This document shows, piece by piece, positions 38,280-51,108 of a DNA stretch of 64,000 bases. The stretch lies in the NCBI RefSeq assembly GCF_963921235.1, contig NC_086097.1, positions 232,750,001 to 232,814,000 of the forward strand. The letters are read 5' to 3'. Each line of letters starts with the position of its first letter. The stretch's first letter is position 1. The notes beneath the pieces are model-generated. The model searched no databases, was not told where the DNA came from, and worked only from the letters and a program-made list of their open reading frames with translations. Made by a program: the position numbers and the translations under genes. This DNA is from Mobula hypostoma. Lineage: Eukaryota.

Positions 38280-38755
38280 AGAATGACCCCAGGAATGAGG
38301 GATAATGTATGAGGAGCATTTGATAGCTCTGTTACTGTACTTGCAGGAGTTTAGAAGAATGAGGGGAGATCTCATTAAAACCTATCGAATACAGTATAGA
38401 AAAACCTAGACAGAGTGGACATAGAGAGCATGTTTTCTATAGGGGCAGAGTCTAGGACCAGAGGGCACAGCCTCAGAATACAAGGACATTCCTTTAGAAC
38501 AGAGATGAGGAGGAAATTCGTTAGTCCGATATAATGAAGCTGTGGAATTCATTGCTGCAGACGGCTGTGGGCCAAGTCGTTGAGTATATTTAAATTGGAG
38601 GTTGATGGGTTTTTGATTAGTCATTGGATCAAAGGTTGCAGAGAGATGGCAGGAGAACAGAATTGAAAGGGGTAATAAATCAACCATGATGGAATGGGGG
38701 GATAGTCCCAAAAGGCTGAAAAGCCTATTTCTGCTCTTATTTCTTATGGCCTTAC
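38280..38755 (+). mobile_element. CR1 3' end
   Basis: LY.LEFRRMRGDLI-like sequence and 3'UTR; similar fragments at 3640-3838, 40262-40750, 41440-42030, 62450-62785. Confidence 0.8.
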
Positions 38756-41700
38756 GATATCAAACTTTATCTTACAGTTTTCCTATTTTCACTCTGCCTA
38801 TCTTGTCACAACATCCAAACACTGTGGCCCAAAATCAGCCACTGAAATGTTGTGTTGAATTTGCATGTTTCTGTATTTGTCTTAACAGGGAATTATTTAA
38901 AAATATCTGCATATTTCATAGACATTACCTTAAGACTTCCTAGTAATTAGCTACATCTAATTCAGCTTCATAAATTTGATGTAATTTAATTGCACAATTT
39001 TTTCTGAACGGCATGCTTGATTAACACGTTGCACAATGATGGTTTTCATCAGGACTTTCAGCTGCTATTGGCAAACAAGCAATTTTATCTCAATCCAGTG
39101 TGATAAGAAAAAAAAACTGTAGCTGTGCAGGTCATAACAAAATTGTTGAACAAATAATTATGCCAAGAGGACAAACTAATTACAAGCTTCTTTCAGATTC
39201 ATGTCATATAAATTTGTTCGACTAAAATGCTGGTGGGCTTTTGTTATTGTCCAAAGTAATTAAAATGTTTTTTCTTGATTTTTCCTTCACCTATCCTCTC
39301 GTCTTATGTTGGGCAGGGTATCTGAGTATCCTGTAGTGCACAGAATACATCTAAATTTACTTCTTTTACATTAGTGAACAGAGATGGTAATCATATAGAC
39401 AAGTTGACCTGAATCATGTCCTGATCCAAGCTGTGCTGTGCACCTTTCTGTTAGATAAACAGCACTCAGTGCTGCTGCCAGGCAGGCTGAGAGTCTCCAG
39501 CATTTTCTGCTTTTGTTTTGAATCTTTCTAGCAGTTATCACCATATGGCAGTCAGAATGACTTCTGACCATGTGGCTTGTCAGCTGCCACTTCAGCTAAA
39601 AACAGTTACTTCAGCGTGACGACCAAAACTCTAACTTCCCCCATGTTAAGGTCAGCGGATTTTCACAGGTAACCATGATTGAATCTCAGAGGATAATTTG
39701 ATTTTATGTAGTTTAATGTTTATATAAATTTTCCTAAGTGGAATGCACGTGACATATGATTAAAAACTTAGGAAAAAGCTGAAGTGTACTAAGTTACTTC
39801 ATCCGTTCCCCTCTGATTTAGTTTTGAGATAATAAAATACTTTCTGGTAGAGGGGGGAGGTGACATTAGAATGCATTGCCCTTTCTTCATTTCTTCCTGA
39901 AATAGTCATAAATAAAGAAATAATTTAATTGAAACAGGAAGAGGCAACCCCAATCTATCCATCCTTAATTGAATTATGGATACTTGCAGAAAATTTTTGG
40001 AAGTCCTGATAAGGGGGACAACTTTTCCCAAACCAATGTAGGATTTATACATTTCACATATAGGATTTCAGTCCTGATGAAAGTTCAAAGTTCAAAGTAA
40101 ATTTCATTATCAAAGTGAATATATGTCACCATGTACCACACTGAGATTCATTTTCCTGTGGGTAGACTCAGCAAATCTACAGATTAGTAACTCTAAGTGA
40201 ACAATGAAAGATCAACCAAAGTGCGGAAGATAACAAGCAAGGGTTTTGGCTTTGAAAATCCACTTGAAAGAGTGCAGAGAAATTTTACGAGGATGTGGCC
40301 AGGATTGAGGGAACTGAGTTATATGGAAGATTGAATAGCCAGGAACATTATTCCCTAGAGTGTAGAAGAATGAAGAGAGATTTGATAGAGGTATACAAAA
40401 TTATGAGAGGTATAGACAGAGTAAATGCAAGCAGGATTTTCCCTCTGAGGTTGAGTGAGACTACAACAAGAAGTCATAGGTCAACGGCGAAAGGTGAAAA
40501 GTTGAAGGGGAACATGAGAGCGGACTCCTTCACTTGGAGGGTCGTGAGAGTGTGGAATGAGCTGCCAGTGCAAGTGGTGCATGTGAGCTCAATGTCAACG
40601 TTCAAGAGAAGTTTGGATACATACATGGATGGTAGGGGTATGGAGGGCTGTGGTCCCAGTGCAGGTTAATGGGAGCAGGCAGTTTAAATATTTTCAGCAT
40701 GGATTAGATGGCTCGAATGGACTGTTTCTGTCTGTATTTTTCTGTGACTCTTCTACAGATGCTGCCTGAATTGCTGAGTTTCTCCGGCATGTTGCGTGTT
40801 CTGCTCGAGATTTTCAGCATCTGCAGATTCCCTTGTGTTTAGGATTTATGTCATCCTTCAGGTGGTCTGAAGAATAACAGTGAGCAAAGATTTTGTTTTT
40901 TGGGCCTCATTCCCCTGTTTTCCCAGAGGTTAATTTCAAATGGGATCTTCATCATCTGGATACTGATCTTCCTTTCAACTGAATGTTTCTGATGACAGAT
41001 GTGTTACTCTAAGCCCCTGCTGGACTTGATCTTTATTTATTTTATTCAGAGATCCGGCACAGCAACAGGCCCCTGTGGTCCAACAAGCCTACACCACCCA
41101 GTTACACCCATGTGACTAATTAACCTACTAACCTGTGTGTCTTTGGGTTGTGGGAGGTAACAAGAGCACCTGGAGGAAGCCTATGTGGTCATGGGGATAA
41201 CATTCAAACTTCTTACACTTGCAGTGTGAATTTAACCCGGGTCACTGGTGCTTTAATATCATTACGCTAACCACTAAGCTACTGTTACTGGTGCTATATC
41301 CTACCAAGGGCTTGGTCAATGCTCCTAGCTAAAAAACTAGCTGAAACTAAGTTGCTGCTGCATAAAGGGGAATAAAGGGAATTCAGGAAAGTTATGTTCT
41401 CTCTGTACTGAAATTGTAAAACTAGCTTAAACACTTCTGTGTAATTCAGTGTAGAAAAGTGGTGAAGCTCAGTAAGGCACTGGTGAAGCCTCACTTAACG
41501 TACTGAGAGCAGTTTTGGGCCCCTAATTTAAGACAGGTTGTGCTGACATTGGAGAAAGTTTAGAGGAAGTTCACAAAAATGATTCTGGGAATGAAAGGGT
41601 TATTATATGAGCAGCGATTGAAAGCTCTGGGCTTGTATAAGCTGGAATTTAGAAGAACAAGGGGGGGATCTTATTGAAATCTATTGAACGCTGGAAGACC

Positions 41701-42603
41701 CAGATAGAGTGGATGTGGAGAGGATGTTTCTTTTGGTGGGGGAGTCCAGGACCAGAGGGATAGCCTCAAAATAGAGGGATGTCTATTTAGAAGAGAGATG
41801 AGGAGGAAATGCCTTAGCCACAGAGTGATGAGTCTGTGGAATTCGTTAGCACAAGTGGCTGTGGAGGCCAGGTCACTGGGTGCACTTAAGATGGAAGTCG
41901 TTAGGTTCTTGATTAGTCTGGCCATGGGAGCTTACGGGGAGAAGACATGAGATTGGGGTTGAGAGGGAAATGGATCAGCCATGATGAAATGGTGGAGCAG
42001 ACTCGATGGGCCGACTGGTTTAGTGTTCTTAAGATCTTAAATTCTGTAATGTTTTCACTAGTATAATGATTATATCCAAAGAGGAAATAGCTTATTTCCA
42101 AGCAGGCTACTTAAATGAGGTACTTGTTGAATTCTAAAGTTGTTGTAGCAAACTAACTTTTTCTGTGTCAAAATTTTATTGTTGCAAAAGAGGAACATCA
42201 CATAAATTTCCTGTCCAGTATGGATATATACATGTACAGATTAGAGCATTGTTTAACCATAAAATTAAAGCCTATCTGACTAGATCCCTAATACTTTGGT
42301 ATACCTAACTAGACCAATATCTGGCACATATACCAAAATCTTGTCAGGCTTTGATTATACAGCCAGGAGTTGATTTACATTAAACATCATATTCATGCTT
42401 AAAACGACTGACGGACTCCATCTTTTTAAAATCTCTATATACATTTAATGAGCAACAGTCATAGGTTTTTCAAGTTTTCCTGTTTTTTTTAGGTTTTGGT
42501 TTTGAGTAAACTTTTTGGATTAATTTCTTCCAGTCCTGAATACAATGGAAGTTTTACTTTGGGATCACACGTTGATTTATTTCTTCATTCTTGAAATCTG
42601 TAT

Positions 42604-44448
42604 TAGAAACATAGAAACATAGAAAATAGGTGCAGGAGTAGGCCATTCGGCCCTTCGAGCCTGCACCGCCATTTATTATGATCATGGCTGATCATCCAAC
42701 TCAGAACCCAGCCTTCCCTCCATACCCCGTGACCCCTGTAGCCACAAGGGCCATATCTAACTTCCTTTTAAACATAGCTAATGAACTGGCCTCAACAGTT
42801 TGCTGTGGCAGAGAATTCCACAGATTCACCACTCTCTGTGTGAAGAAGTTTTTCCTAACCTCGGTCCTAAAAGGCTTCCCCTCTATCCTCAAACTGTGAC
42901 CCCTCGTTCTAGACCTCCCCAACATCGGGAACAATCTTCCCGCATCTAGCCTGTCCAATCCCTTTAGGATCTTATACGTTTCAATCAGATCCCCCCTCAA
43001 TCTTCTAAATTCCAACGAGTACAAGCCCAGTTCATCCAGTCTTTCTTCATATGAAAGACCTGCCATCCCAGGAATCAATCTGGTGAACCTTCTTTGTACT
43101 CCCTCTATGGCAAGGATGTCTTTCCTCAGATTAGGGGACCAAAACTGCACACAATACTCCAGGTGTGGTCTCACCAAGGCCTTGTACAACTGCAGTAGTA
43201 CCTCCCTGCTCCTGTACTCGAATCCTCTCGCTATAAATGCCAGCATACCGTTCGCCTTTTTCACCGCCTGCTGTACCTGCATGCCCACTTTCAATGACTG
43301 GTGTATAATGACACCCAGGTCTCGTTGCACCTCCCCTTTTCCTAATCGGCCACCATTCAGATAATAATCTGTTTTCCTATTTTTGCCACCAAAGTGGATA
43401 ACTTCACATTTATCCACATTAAATTGCATCTGCCATGAGTTTGCCCACTCACCCAACCTATCCAAGTCACCCTGCATCCTCTTAGCATCCTCCTCACTGC
43501 TAACACTGCCACCCAGCTTCGTGTCATCCGCAAACTTGGAGATGCTGCATTTAATTCCCTCATCCAAGTCATTAATATATATTGTAAACAACTGGGGTCC
43601 CAGCACTGAGCCTTGCGGTACCCCACTAGTCACCGCCTGCCATTCTGAAAAGGTCCCGTTTATTCCCACTCTTTGCTTCCTGTCTGCTAACCAATTCTCC
43701 ACCCACACCAATACCTTACCCCCAATACCATGTGCTTTAAGTTTGCACACTAATCTCCTGTGTGGGACCTTGTCAAAAGCCTTTTGAAAATCCAAATATA
43801 CCACATCCACTGGTTCTCCCCTATCCACTCTACTAGTTACATCCTCAAAAAATTCTATGAGATTCGTCAGACATGATTTTCCTTTCACAAATCCATGCTG
43901 ACTTTGTCCGATCATTTCACCGCTTTCCAAATGTGCTGTTATCACATCCTTGATAACTGACTCCAGCAGTTTCCCCACCACCGACGTTAGGCTAACCGGC
44001 CTATAATTCCCCGGTTTCTCTCTCCCTCCTTTTTTAAAAAGTGGGGTTACATTAGCCACCCTCCAATCCTCAGGAACTAGTCCAGAATCTAACGAGTTTT
44101 GAAAAATTATCACTAATGCATCCACTATTTCTTGGGCCACTTCCTTAAGCACTCTGGGATGCAGACCATCTGGCCCTGGGGATTTATCTGCCTTCAATCC
44201 CTTCAATTTACCTAACACCACTTCCCTACTAACATGTATTTCGCTCAGTTCCTCCATCTCACTGGACCCTCTGTCCCTTACTATTTCTGGAAGATTATTT
44301 ATGTCCTCCTTAGTGAAGACAGAACCAAAGTAATTATTCAATTGGTCTGCCATGTCCTTGCTCCCCATAATCAATTCACCTGTTTCTGTTTGCAGGGGAC
44401 CTACATTTGTCTTTATCAGTCTTTTCCTTTTTACATATCTATAAAAGC
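42604..44448 (-). mobile_element. CR1 family C, young, 5'-truncated
   Basis: Uninterrupted RT ORF; (TTTCTATG)n tail. Confidence 0.95.
42701..44374 (-). CDS. CR1 ORF2 reverse transcriptase domain and C-terminus (557 aa, no endonuclease)
   Basis: KSPGPDG, NYRPVSLTS, DFQKAFD, QGSVLGP, FADD, RGH; no stops. Confidence 0.9.
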   Translation of the reverse strand: MIMGSKDMADQLNNYFGSVFTKEDINNLPEIVRDRGSSEMEELSEIHVSREVVLGKLKGLKADKSPGPDGLHPRVLKEVAQEIVDALVIIFQNSLDSGLVPEDWRVANVTPLFKKGGREKPGNYRPVSLTSVVGKLLESVIKDVITAHLESGEMIGQSQHGFVKGKSCLTNLIEFFEDVTSRVDRGEPVDVVYLDFQKAFDKVPHRRLVCKLKAHGIGGKVLVWVENWLADRKQRVGINGTFSEWQAVTSGVPQGSVLGPQLFTIYINDLDEGIKCSISKFADDTKLGGSVSSEEDAKRMQGDLDRLGEWANSWQMQFNVDKCEVIHFGGKNRKTDYYLNGGRLGKGEVQRDLGVIIHQSLKVGMQVQQAVKKANGMLAFIARGFEYRSREVLLQLYKALVRPHLEYCVQFWSPNLRKDILAIEGVQRRFTRLIPGMAGLSYEERLDELGLYSLEFRRLRGDLIETYKILKGLDRLDAGRLFPMLGRSRTRGHSLRIEGKPFRTEVRKNFFTQRVVNLWNSLPQQTVEASSLAMFKRKLDMALVATGVTGYGGKAGF

Positions 44449-45725
44449 AATTGGTTGCAATTTAGACACAACTTTATGATCAAGTGGTTAACCACTCACT
44501 ATTGATTCATTTCTAGCAGATCTACAAAGAATGCTTCATATTTTATCACCCATTTGAAGGACAAACTGCTACTGAGGATTCTAACTCCCATTTGTGCAGA
44601 CCAGAGATGTTGGAGTCCCAGGAATATAAAAACTTTGTTTTCATAAAGCGATCTTCTGTCTGTTTAGTGCCATAGTGATGTTTTTGACTCAACTGTGTCT
44701 GCTCAAATCAGAAAGCCAAATTTAGTCAAACAAGACACAAGTTTTCACAATCTTCTCTTCATCAAGAGTTCTGCAGACATACACTTCATGGTCATGTACT
44801 TCAGCAAAATATAATGGCTTAATGAAGCTCTGAACATTTCTGCAACTTCCTCTTCTTAAGAACTTTCTTATCCCTCTTAGCTCCTCCATTTAAAGGAACA
44901 AGGAAGTGTGTAATACCAAAACATTCAACAAATCTTACAGGCCGAGCAGATTGAAACTTTGCACCTCAGTTTTTTGTATTTTCTCTTCATTTAGTAAGTA
45001 GTTAACCCTTTCATTTCTTCTACCAAAGTGAATGACCATACTCTTCCCAACATTGCATTCCATCTGCCATTTTTTGACCATTCTCCTAATCTGTCTAAGC
45101 CCTTCTGTAGCCTATCTCTTTCCTCAAAAATACCTGACCCTCCACCTATCTTCATATTATCTGTTAACTTTGCAACAAAACCATCAATTCCATCTTCCAA
45201 ATCTTTGACATATAACATAAAAAGAATTGGTTCCAACACAGACCCCTGTGGAACACCACTAGTCACCGGCAGCTAACCAGAAAAGGCTTCCTTTATTCCC
45301 ACTCTTTGCCTCCTGCCAATCAGCCACTGCTTTATCCATGTTAGAATCTTTCCTGTAATACCATGGGCTCATAGCTTGTTTAGCATCCTCAAGAGTGGCA
45401 CCTCGTCAAAAGCCTTCTGAAAATCCAAGCATACAATATCAACCGATTTTAGTGGCTTTCTGTTGGTTTCTAAAATCTTCTCAATCCTCTACCTTCCCAC
45501 TAATTTTTGCTATATTACATGCCCTCTCTTTTGCTTTTATATGAGGGGTGATTGATAAGTTTGTGACCTAAGGTAGAAGGAGTCAATTTTAGAAAACCTA
45601 GCACATTTATTTTTCAACATAGTTCCCTCCTACATTTACACACTTAGTCCAGCAGTTGTGGAGCATACGGATCTTGGACCTCCAGAAAGTGTCCACAGCA
45701 GGGGTGATTGATAAGTTCGTGGCCT

Positions 45726-48700
45726 TATAAGTAAGGGTAACTTTGAAGGTATGAGACGTGAATGAGCTAAGATAGACTGGCAAATGACACTTAAAGGGTT
45801 GACGGTGGATATGCAATGGCAAGCATTTAAAGATCGCATGGATGAACTACAACAATTGTTCATCCCAGTTTGGCAAAAGAATAAATCAAGGAAGGTAGTG
45901 CACTCGTGGCTGACAAGAGAAATTAGGGATAGTATCAATTCCAAAGAAGAAGCATACAAATTAACCAGAAAAAGTGGCTCACCTGAGGACTGGGAGAAAT
46001 TCAGAGTCCAGCAGAGGAGGACAAAGGGCTTAATTTGTAGAATGTCTGCGAGATGGCTTTTTAGAACAGCTTGTTGTTGAGCCCACTAGGGGATCGGCTG
46101 TACTGGATTGGGTATTGTGTAATGAACCGGAGGTGATTGGAGAGATTGAGGTGAAAGAACCCTTAGGAGGCAGTGATCATAACATGATTGAGTTCACTGT
46201 GAAATTAGAAAAAGAGAAGCTGAAATCTGATGTGTCGGTGTTTCAGTGGAGTAAAGGAAACTGCAGTGGCATGAGAGAGGAACTGGCCAAAGTTGACTGG
46301 AAAGAGACACTGGCGGGAAAGACGGCAGAGCAGCAGTGGCTGGAGTTTATGCGAGAAATAGGAATGTGCAAGACAGGTATATTCCAAAAAAGAAGAAATT
46401 TTCGAGTGGAAGAAGGATGCAACCGTGGTTGACAAGAGAAGTCAAAGCCAAAGTTAAAGCTAAGGAGAGGGCATACAAGGAAGCAAAAATTAGTGGGAAG
46501 ACAGAGGATTGGGAAGTCTTTAAAACCTTACAAAAGGAAAACAAGAAGGTCATTAAGAGAGAAAAGATTAACTATGAAAGGAAAGTAGCAAATAATATCA
46601 AAGAGGATACTAAAAGCTTTTTCAAGTATATAAAGAGTAAAAGACAGGTGAGAATAGATATAGGACCGATAGAAAATGATGCTGGAGAAATTGTAATGGG
46701 AGATGAGGAGATGGCAGAGGAACTGAACAAGTATTTTGCATCAGTCTTCACTGAGGAAGACAGCAGGATACCGGACACTCAAGGGTGGCAGGGAAGAGAA
46801 GTGTGCGCAGTCACAATTACGACAGAGAAAGTACTCAGGAAGCTGAATAGGCTAAAGGTCGATAAATCTCCCAGACCAGATGGAATGCACCCTCGTGTTC
46901 TGAAGGAAGTAGCTGTGGAGACTGCGGAGGCATTAGCGATGATCTTTCAAAAGTCGATAGATTCTGGCATGGTTCCGGAAGACTGGAAGATTGCAAAGCA
47001 AATGTCACTCCGCTATTTAAGAAGGGGGCAAGGAAGCAAAAAGGAAATTATAGACCTGTTAGCTTGACGTCGGTGGTTGGGAAGTTGTTGGAGTCGATTG
47101 TCAAGGATGAGGTTGCAGAGTACCTGGAGGCATATGACAAGATAGGAAGAACTCAGCATGGATTCCTTAAAGGAAAATCCTGCCTGACAAACCTATTACA
47201 ATTTTTTGAGGAAATTACCAGTAGGCTAGACAAGGGAGATGCAGTGGATGTTGTATATTTGGATTTTCAGAAGGCCTTTGACAAGGTGCCACACATGAGG
47301 CTGCTTAACAAGATAAGAGCCCATGGAATTACAGGAAAGTTACATACATGGATAGAGCGTTGGCTGATTGGCAGGAAACAGAGAGTGGGAATAAAGGGAT
47401 CCTATTCTGGTTGGCTGCTGGTTACCAGTGGTGTTCCACAGGGATCAGTGTTGGGGCCGCTTCTTTTTACATTGTACATCAACGATTTGGATTATGGAAT
47501 AGATGGCTTTGTGACTAAGTTTGCTGACGATACGAAGATAGGTGGAGGGGCCGGTAGTGCTGAGGAAACGGAGAGTCTGCAGAGAGACTTGGATAGATTG
47601 GAAGAATGGGCAGAGAAGTGGCAAATGAAGTACAATATTGGAAAGTGTATGGTAATGCACTTTGGCAGAAAAAATAAACGGGCAGACTATTATTTAAATG
47701 GGGAAAGAATTCAAAGTTCTGAGGTGCAACGGGACTTGGGAGTCCTCGTACAGGATTCCCTTAAAGTTAACCTCCAGGTTGAGTCGGTAGTGAAGAAGGC
47801 GAATGCAATGTTGGCATTCATTTCTAGAGGAATAGAGTATAGGAGCAGGGATGTGATGTTGAGACTCTATAAGGCACTGGTGACACCTCACTTGGAGTAC
47901 TGTGGGCAGTTTTGGTCTCCTTATTTAAGAAAGGATGTGCTGACGTTGGAGAGGGTACAGAGAAGATTCACTAGAATGATTCCGGGAATGAGAGGGTTAA
48001 CATATGAGGAACGTTTGTCCGCTCTTGGACTGTATTCCTTGGAATGAGGGGAGACCTCATAGAAACATTTCGAATGTTAAAAGGCATGGACAGAGTGGAT
48101 GTGGCAAAGTTGTTTCCCATGATGGGGGAGTCTAGTACGAGAGGGCATGACTTCAGGATTGAAGGGCGCCCTTTCAGAACAGAAATGCGAAAAAATTTTT
48201 TTAGTCAGAGGGTGGTGAATCTATGGAATTTGTTGCCACGGGCAGCAGTGGAGGCCAAGTCATTGGGTGTCTTTAAGGCAGAGATTGATAGGTATCTGAG
48301 TAGCCAGGGCATCAAAGGTTATGGTGAGAAGGCGGGGCAGTGGGACTAAATAGGATAAAATGGATCAGCTCATGATAAAATGGCGAAGCAGACTCGATGG
48401 GTTGAATGGCTTACTTCTGCTCCTTTGTCTTCTGGTCTTATGGTCTTAATTAGGAAAGGGAAAAAAGATTATGAGAGAAAACTGGCAGGGAACATAAAAA
48501 CTGACTGTAAAAGCTTTTATAGATATGTGAAAAGAAAAAGATTGGTTAAGACAAATGTAGGTCCCCTACAGAAAGAAACAGGTGAATTGATTATGGGGAG
48601 CAAGGACATGGCAGAACAATAGAATAATTGCTTTGGTTCTGTCTTCACTAAGGAGGACATAAATAATCTTCCGGAAATAGTAGGGGACAGAGGGTCCAGT

Positions 48701-50360
48701 GAGATGGAGGAACTGAGGGAAATACATGTTAGTAGGGAAGTGATGTTAGGTAAATTGAAGGGATTAAAGGCAGATAAATCCCCAGGGCCAGATGGTCTGC
48801 ATCCCAGAGTGCTTAAGGAAGTAGCCCAAGAAATAGTGGATGCATTAGTGATAATTTTTCAAAACTCGTTAGATTCTGGACTAGTTCCTGAGGATTGGAG
48901 GGCGGCTAATGTAACCTCACTTTTTAAAAAAGGAGGGAGAGAGAAACCGGGGAATTATAGACCGGTTAGCCTAACGTAGGTGGTGGGGAAACTACTGGAG
49001 TCAGTTATCAAAGATGTGATAACAGCACATTTGGAAAGCAGTGAAATCATTGGACAAAGTCAGCATGGATTTGTGAAAGGAAGATCATGTCTGACGAATC
49101 TCAGAATTTTTTGAGGATGTAACTAGCAGAGTGGATAGGGGAGAACCAGTGGATGTGGTATATTTGGATTTTCAAAAGGCTTTTGACAAGGTCCACACAG
49201 GAGATTAGTGTGCAAACTTAAAGCACACGGTATTGGGGGTAAGGTATTAATGTGGATAGAGAATTGGTTGGCAGACAGGAAGCAAAGAGTGGGAATAAAT
49301 GGGACCTTTTCAGAATGGCAGGCGGTGACTAGTGGGGTACCGCAAGGCTCAGTGCTGGGACCCCAGTTGTTTACAATATATATTAATGACTTACACGAGG
49401 GAATTAAATGCAGCATCTCCAAGTTTGCGGATGACACGAAGCTGGGCTGCAGTGTTAGTTGTGAGGAGGATGCTAAGAGGATGCAGGGTGACTTGGATAG
49501 GTTAGGTGAGTGGGCAAATTCATGGCAGATGCAATTTAATATGGATAAATGTGAGGTTATCCACTTTGGTGGCAAAAACAGGAAAACAGATTATTATCTG
49601 AATGGTGGCCGATTAGGAAAAGGGGAGGTGCAACGAGACCTGGGTGTCATTGTACACCAGTCATTGAAAGTGGGCATGCAGGTACAGCAGGCGGTGAAAA
49701 AGGCGAATGGTATGCTGGCATTTATAGCAAGAAGATTCGAGTACAGGAGCAGGGAGGTACTATTGCAGTTGTACAAGGTCTTGGTGAGACCACACCTGGA
49801 GTATTGTGTGCAGTTTTGGTCCCCTAATCTGAGGAAAGACATCCTTGCCATAGAAGGAGTACAAAGAAGGTTCACCAGATTGATTCCTGGGATGGCAGGA
49901 CTTTCATATGATGAAAGACTAGATCGACTAGGCTTATACTCATTGGAATTTAGAAGATTGAGGGGGGATCTTATTGAAACTTATAAAATCCTAAAGGGAT
50001 TGGACAGGCTGGATGCAGGAAGATTGTTCCTGATGTTGGGGAAGTCCAGAACGAGGGGTCACAGTTTAAGGATAAAGGGGAAGCCTTTTAGGACCGATAT
50101 TAGGAAAAACTTCTTCACATAGAGAGTGGTGAATCTGTGGAATTCTCTGCCACAGGAAAGAGTTGAAGCCAGTTCATTGGCTATATTTAAGAGGGAGTTA
50201 GATATGGCCCTTGTGGCTAAAGGGATCAGGGGGTATGGGGGGAAGGCTGGTACAGGGTTCTGAGTTGGATGATCAGCCATGATTGTACTGAATGGCGGTG
50301 CAGGCTCGAAGGGCCGAATGGCCTACTCCTGCACCTATTTTTTACGTTTCTATGTTTCTA
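45726..50360 (+). mobile_element. CR1 family C nested in the MITE, itself split by CR1 family D
   Basis: TSD tggcct (45720-45725, 50361-50366); ORFs 45784-46080 (5' part), 48704-48979, 49208-50122. Confidence 0.93.
46036..48444 (+). mobile_element. CR1 family D, 5'-truncated, innermost layer
   Basis: TSD cttaatt (46029-46035, 48445-48451); ORFs 46115-48349 with frameshifts; (TCTTATGG)n tail. Confidence 0.93.
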
Positions 50361-50934
50361 TGGCCTAAGGTAGAAGGAGATGAGTTATACAGCACTCATT
50401 ACATGCACATGTATTTAAGCTCTTTGAGTGGTTATGCAGAAAGTCTGAAGTTAATAACACATCAGGGGTGATTGATAAGTTCGTGGCCTAAGGTAGAAGG
50501 AGATGAGTTATTAACTTCAAACTTTCTGCATAATCACTCAAAGTGTTGAACTGCATGTGCATGTAATGAGAGCTGTATAACTCATCTCCTTCTACCTCAG
50601 GCCACGAACTTATCAATCATCCATGCTGTGGACACTTTCTGGAGGTCCAAGATCCGTATGCTCCACGACCACTGGACTAAGTATGTAAATGTAAGAGGGG
50701 ACTATGTTGAAAAATAAATGTGCTAGGTTTTCTAAGATTGACTCCTTCTACCTTAGGCCACGAACTTATCAATCACCCCTCGTACTGCCTTCGACTTCCT
50801 TTTAGAAGTTTTTCTCATCCTCCTTTTAGAATACTTTTTCTTTGGGATATATCTATCCTATGCTTTTTGAACTGCTCGCAGACACTCCAGCCTTTGCTGT
50901 TCATATCATCTCTGCCAGTTTTCCCTTCCAATCA

Positions 50935-51108
50935 ACACACATCAAAGTTGCTGGTGAACGCAGCAGGCCAAGCAGCATCTATAGGAAGAGGCGCAGTCGA
51001 CGTTTCAGGCCGAGACCCTTCGCCTATAGATGCTGCTTGGCCTGCTGCGTTCACCAGCAACTTTGATGTGTGTTGCTTGAATTTCCAGCATCTGCAGAAT
51101 TCCTGTTG
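50935..51108. mobile_element. Penelope-like fold-back mini-element
   Basis: 53 bp perfect arms 50933-50985/51023-51075; 15 bp TSD tttcccttccaatca. Confidence 0.9.

Larger units (their letters stand above)
45542..50782. mobile_element. Palindromic mariner MITE (~600 bp; 45542-45725 plus 50367-50782)
   Basis: TA TSD; TIR YGAGGGGTGATTGATAAGTT; transposase C-terminus remnant WTKCVNVGGNYVEK*. Confidence 0.9.
44990..50934 (-). mobile_element. Old CR1 (44990-45541 plus 50785-50934), outermost layer of the nest
   Basis: ORF 44991-45266; AKAKERA-like region continues on both sides of the MITE. Confidence 0.75.
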
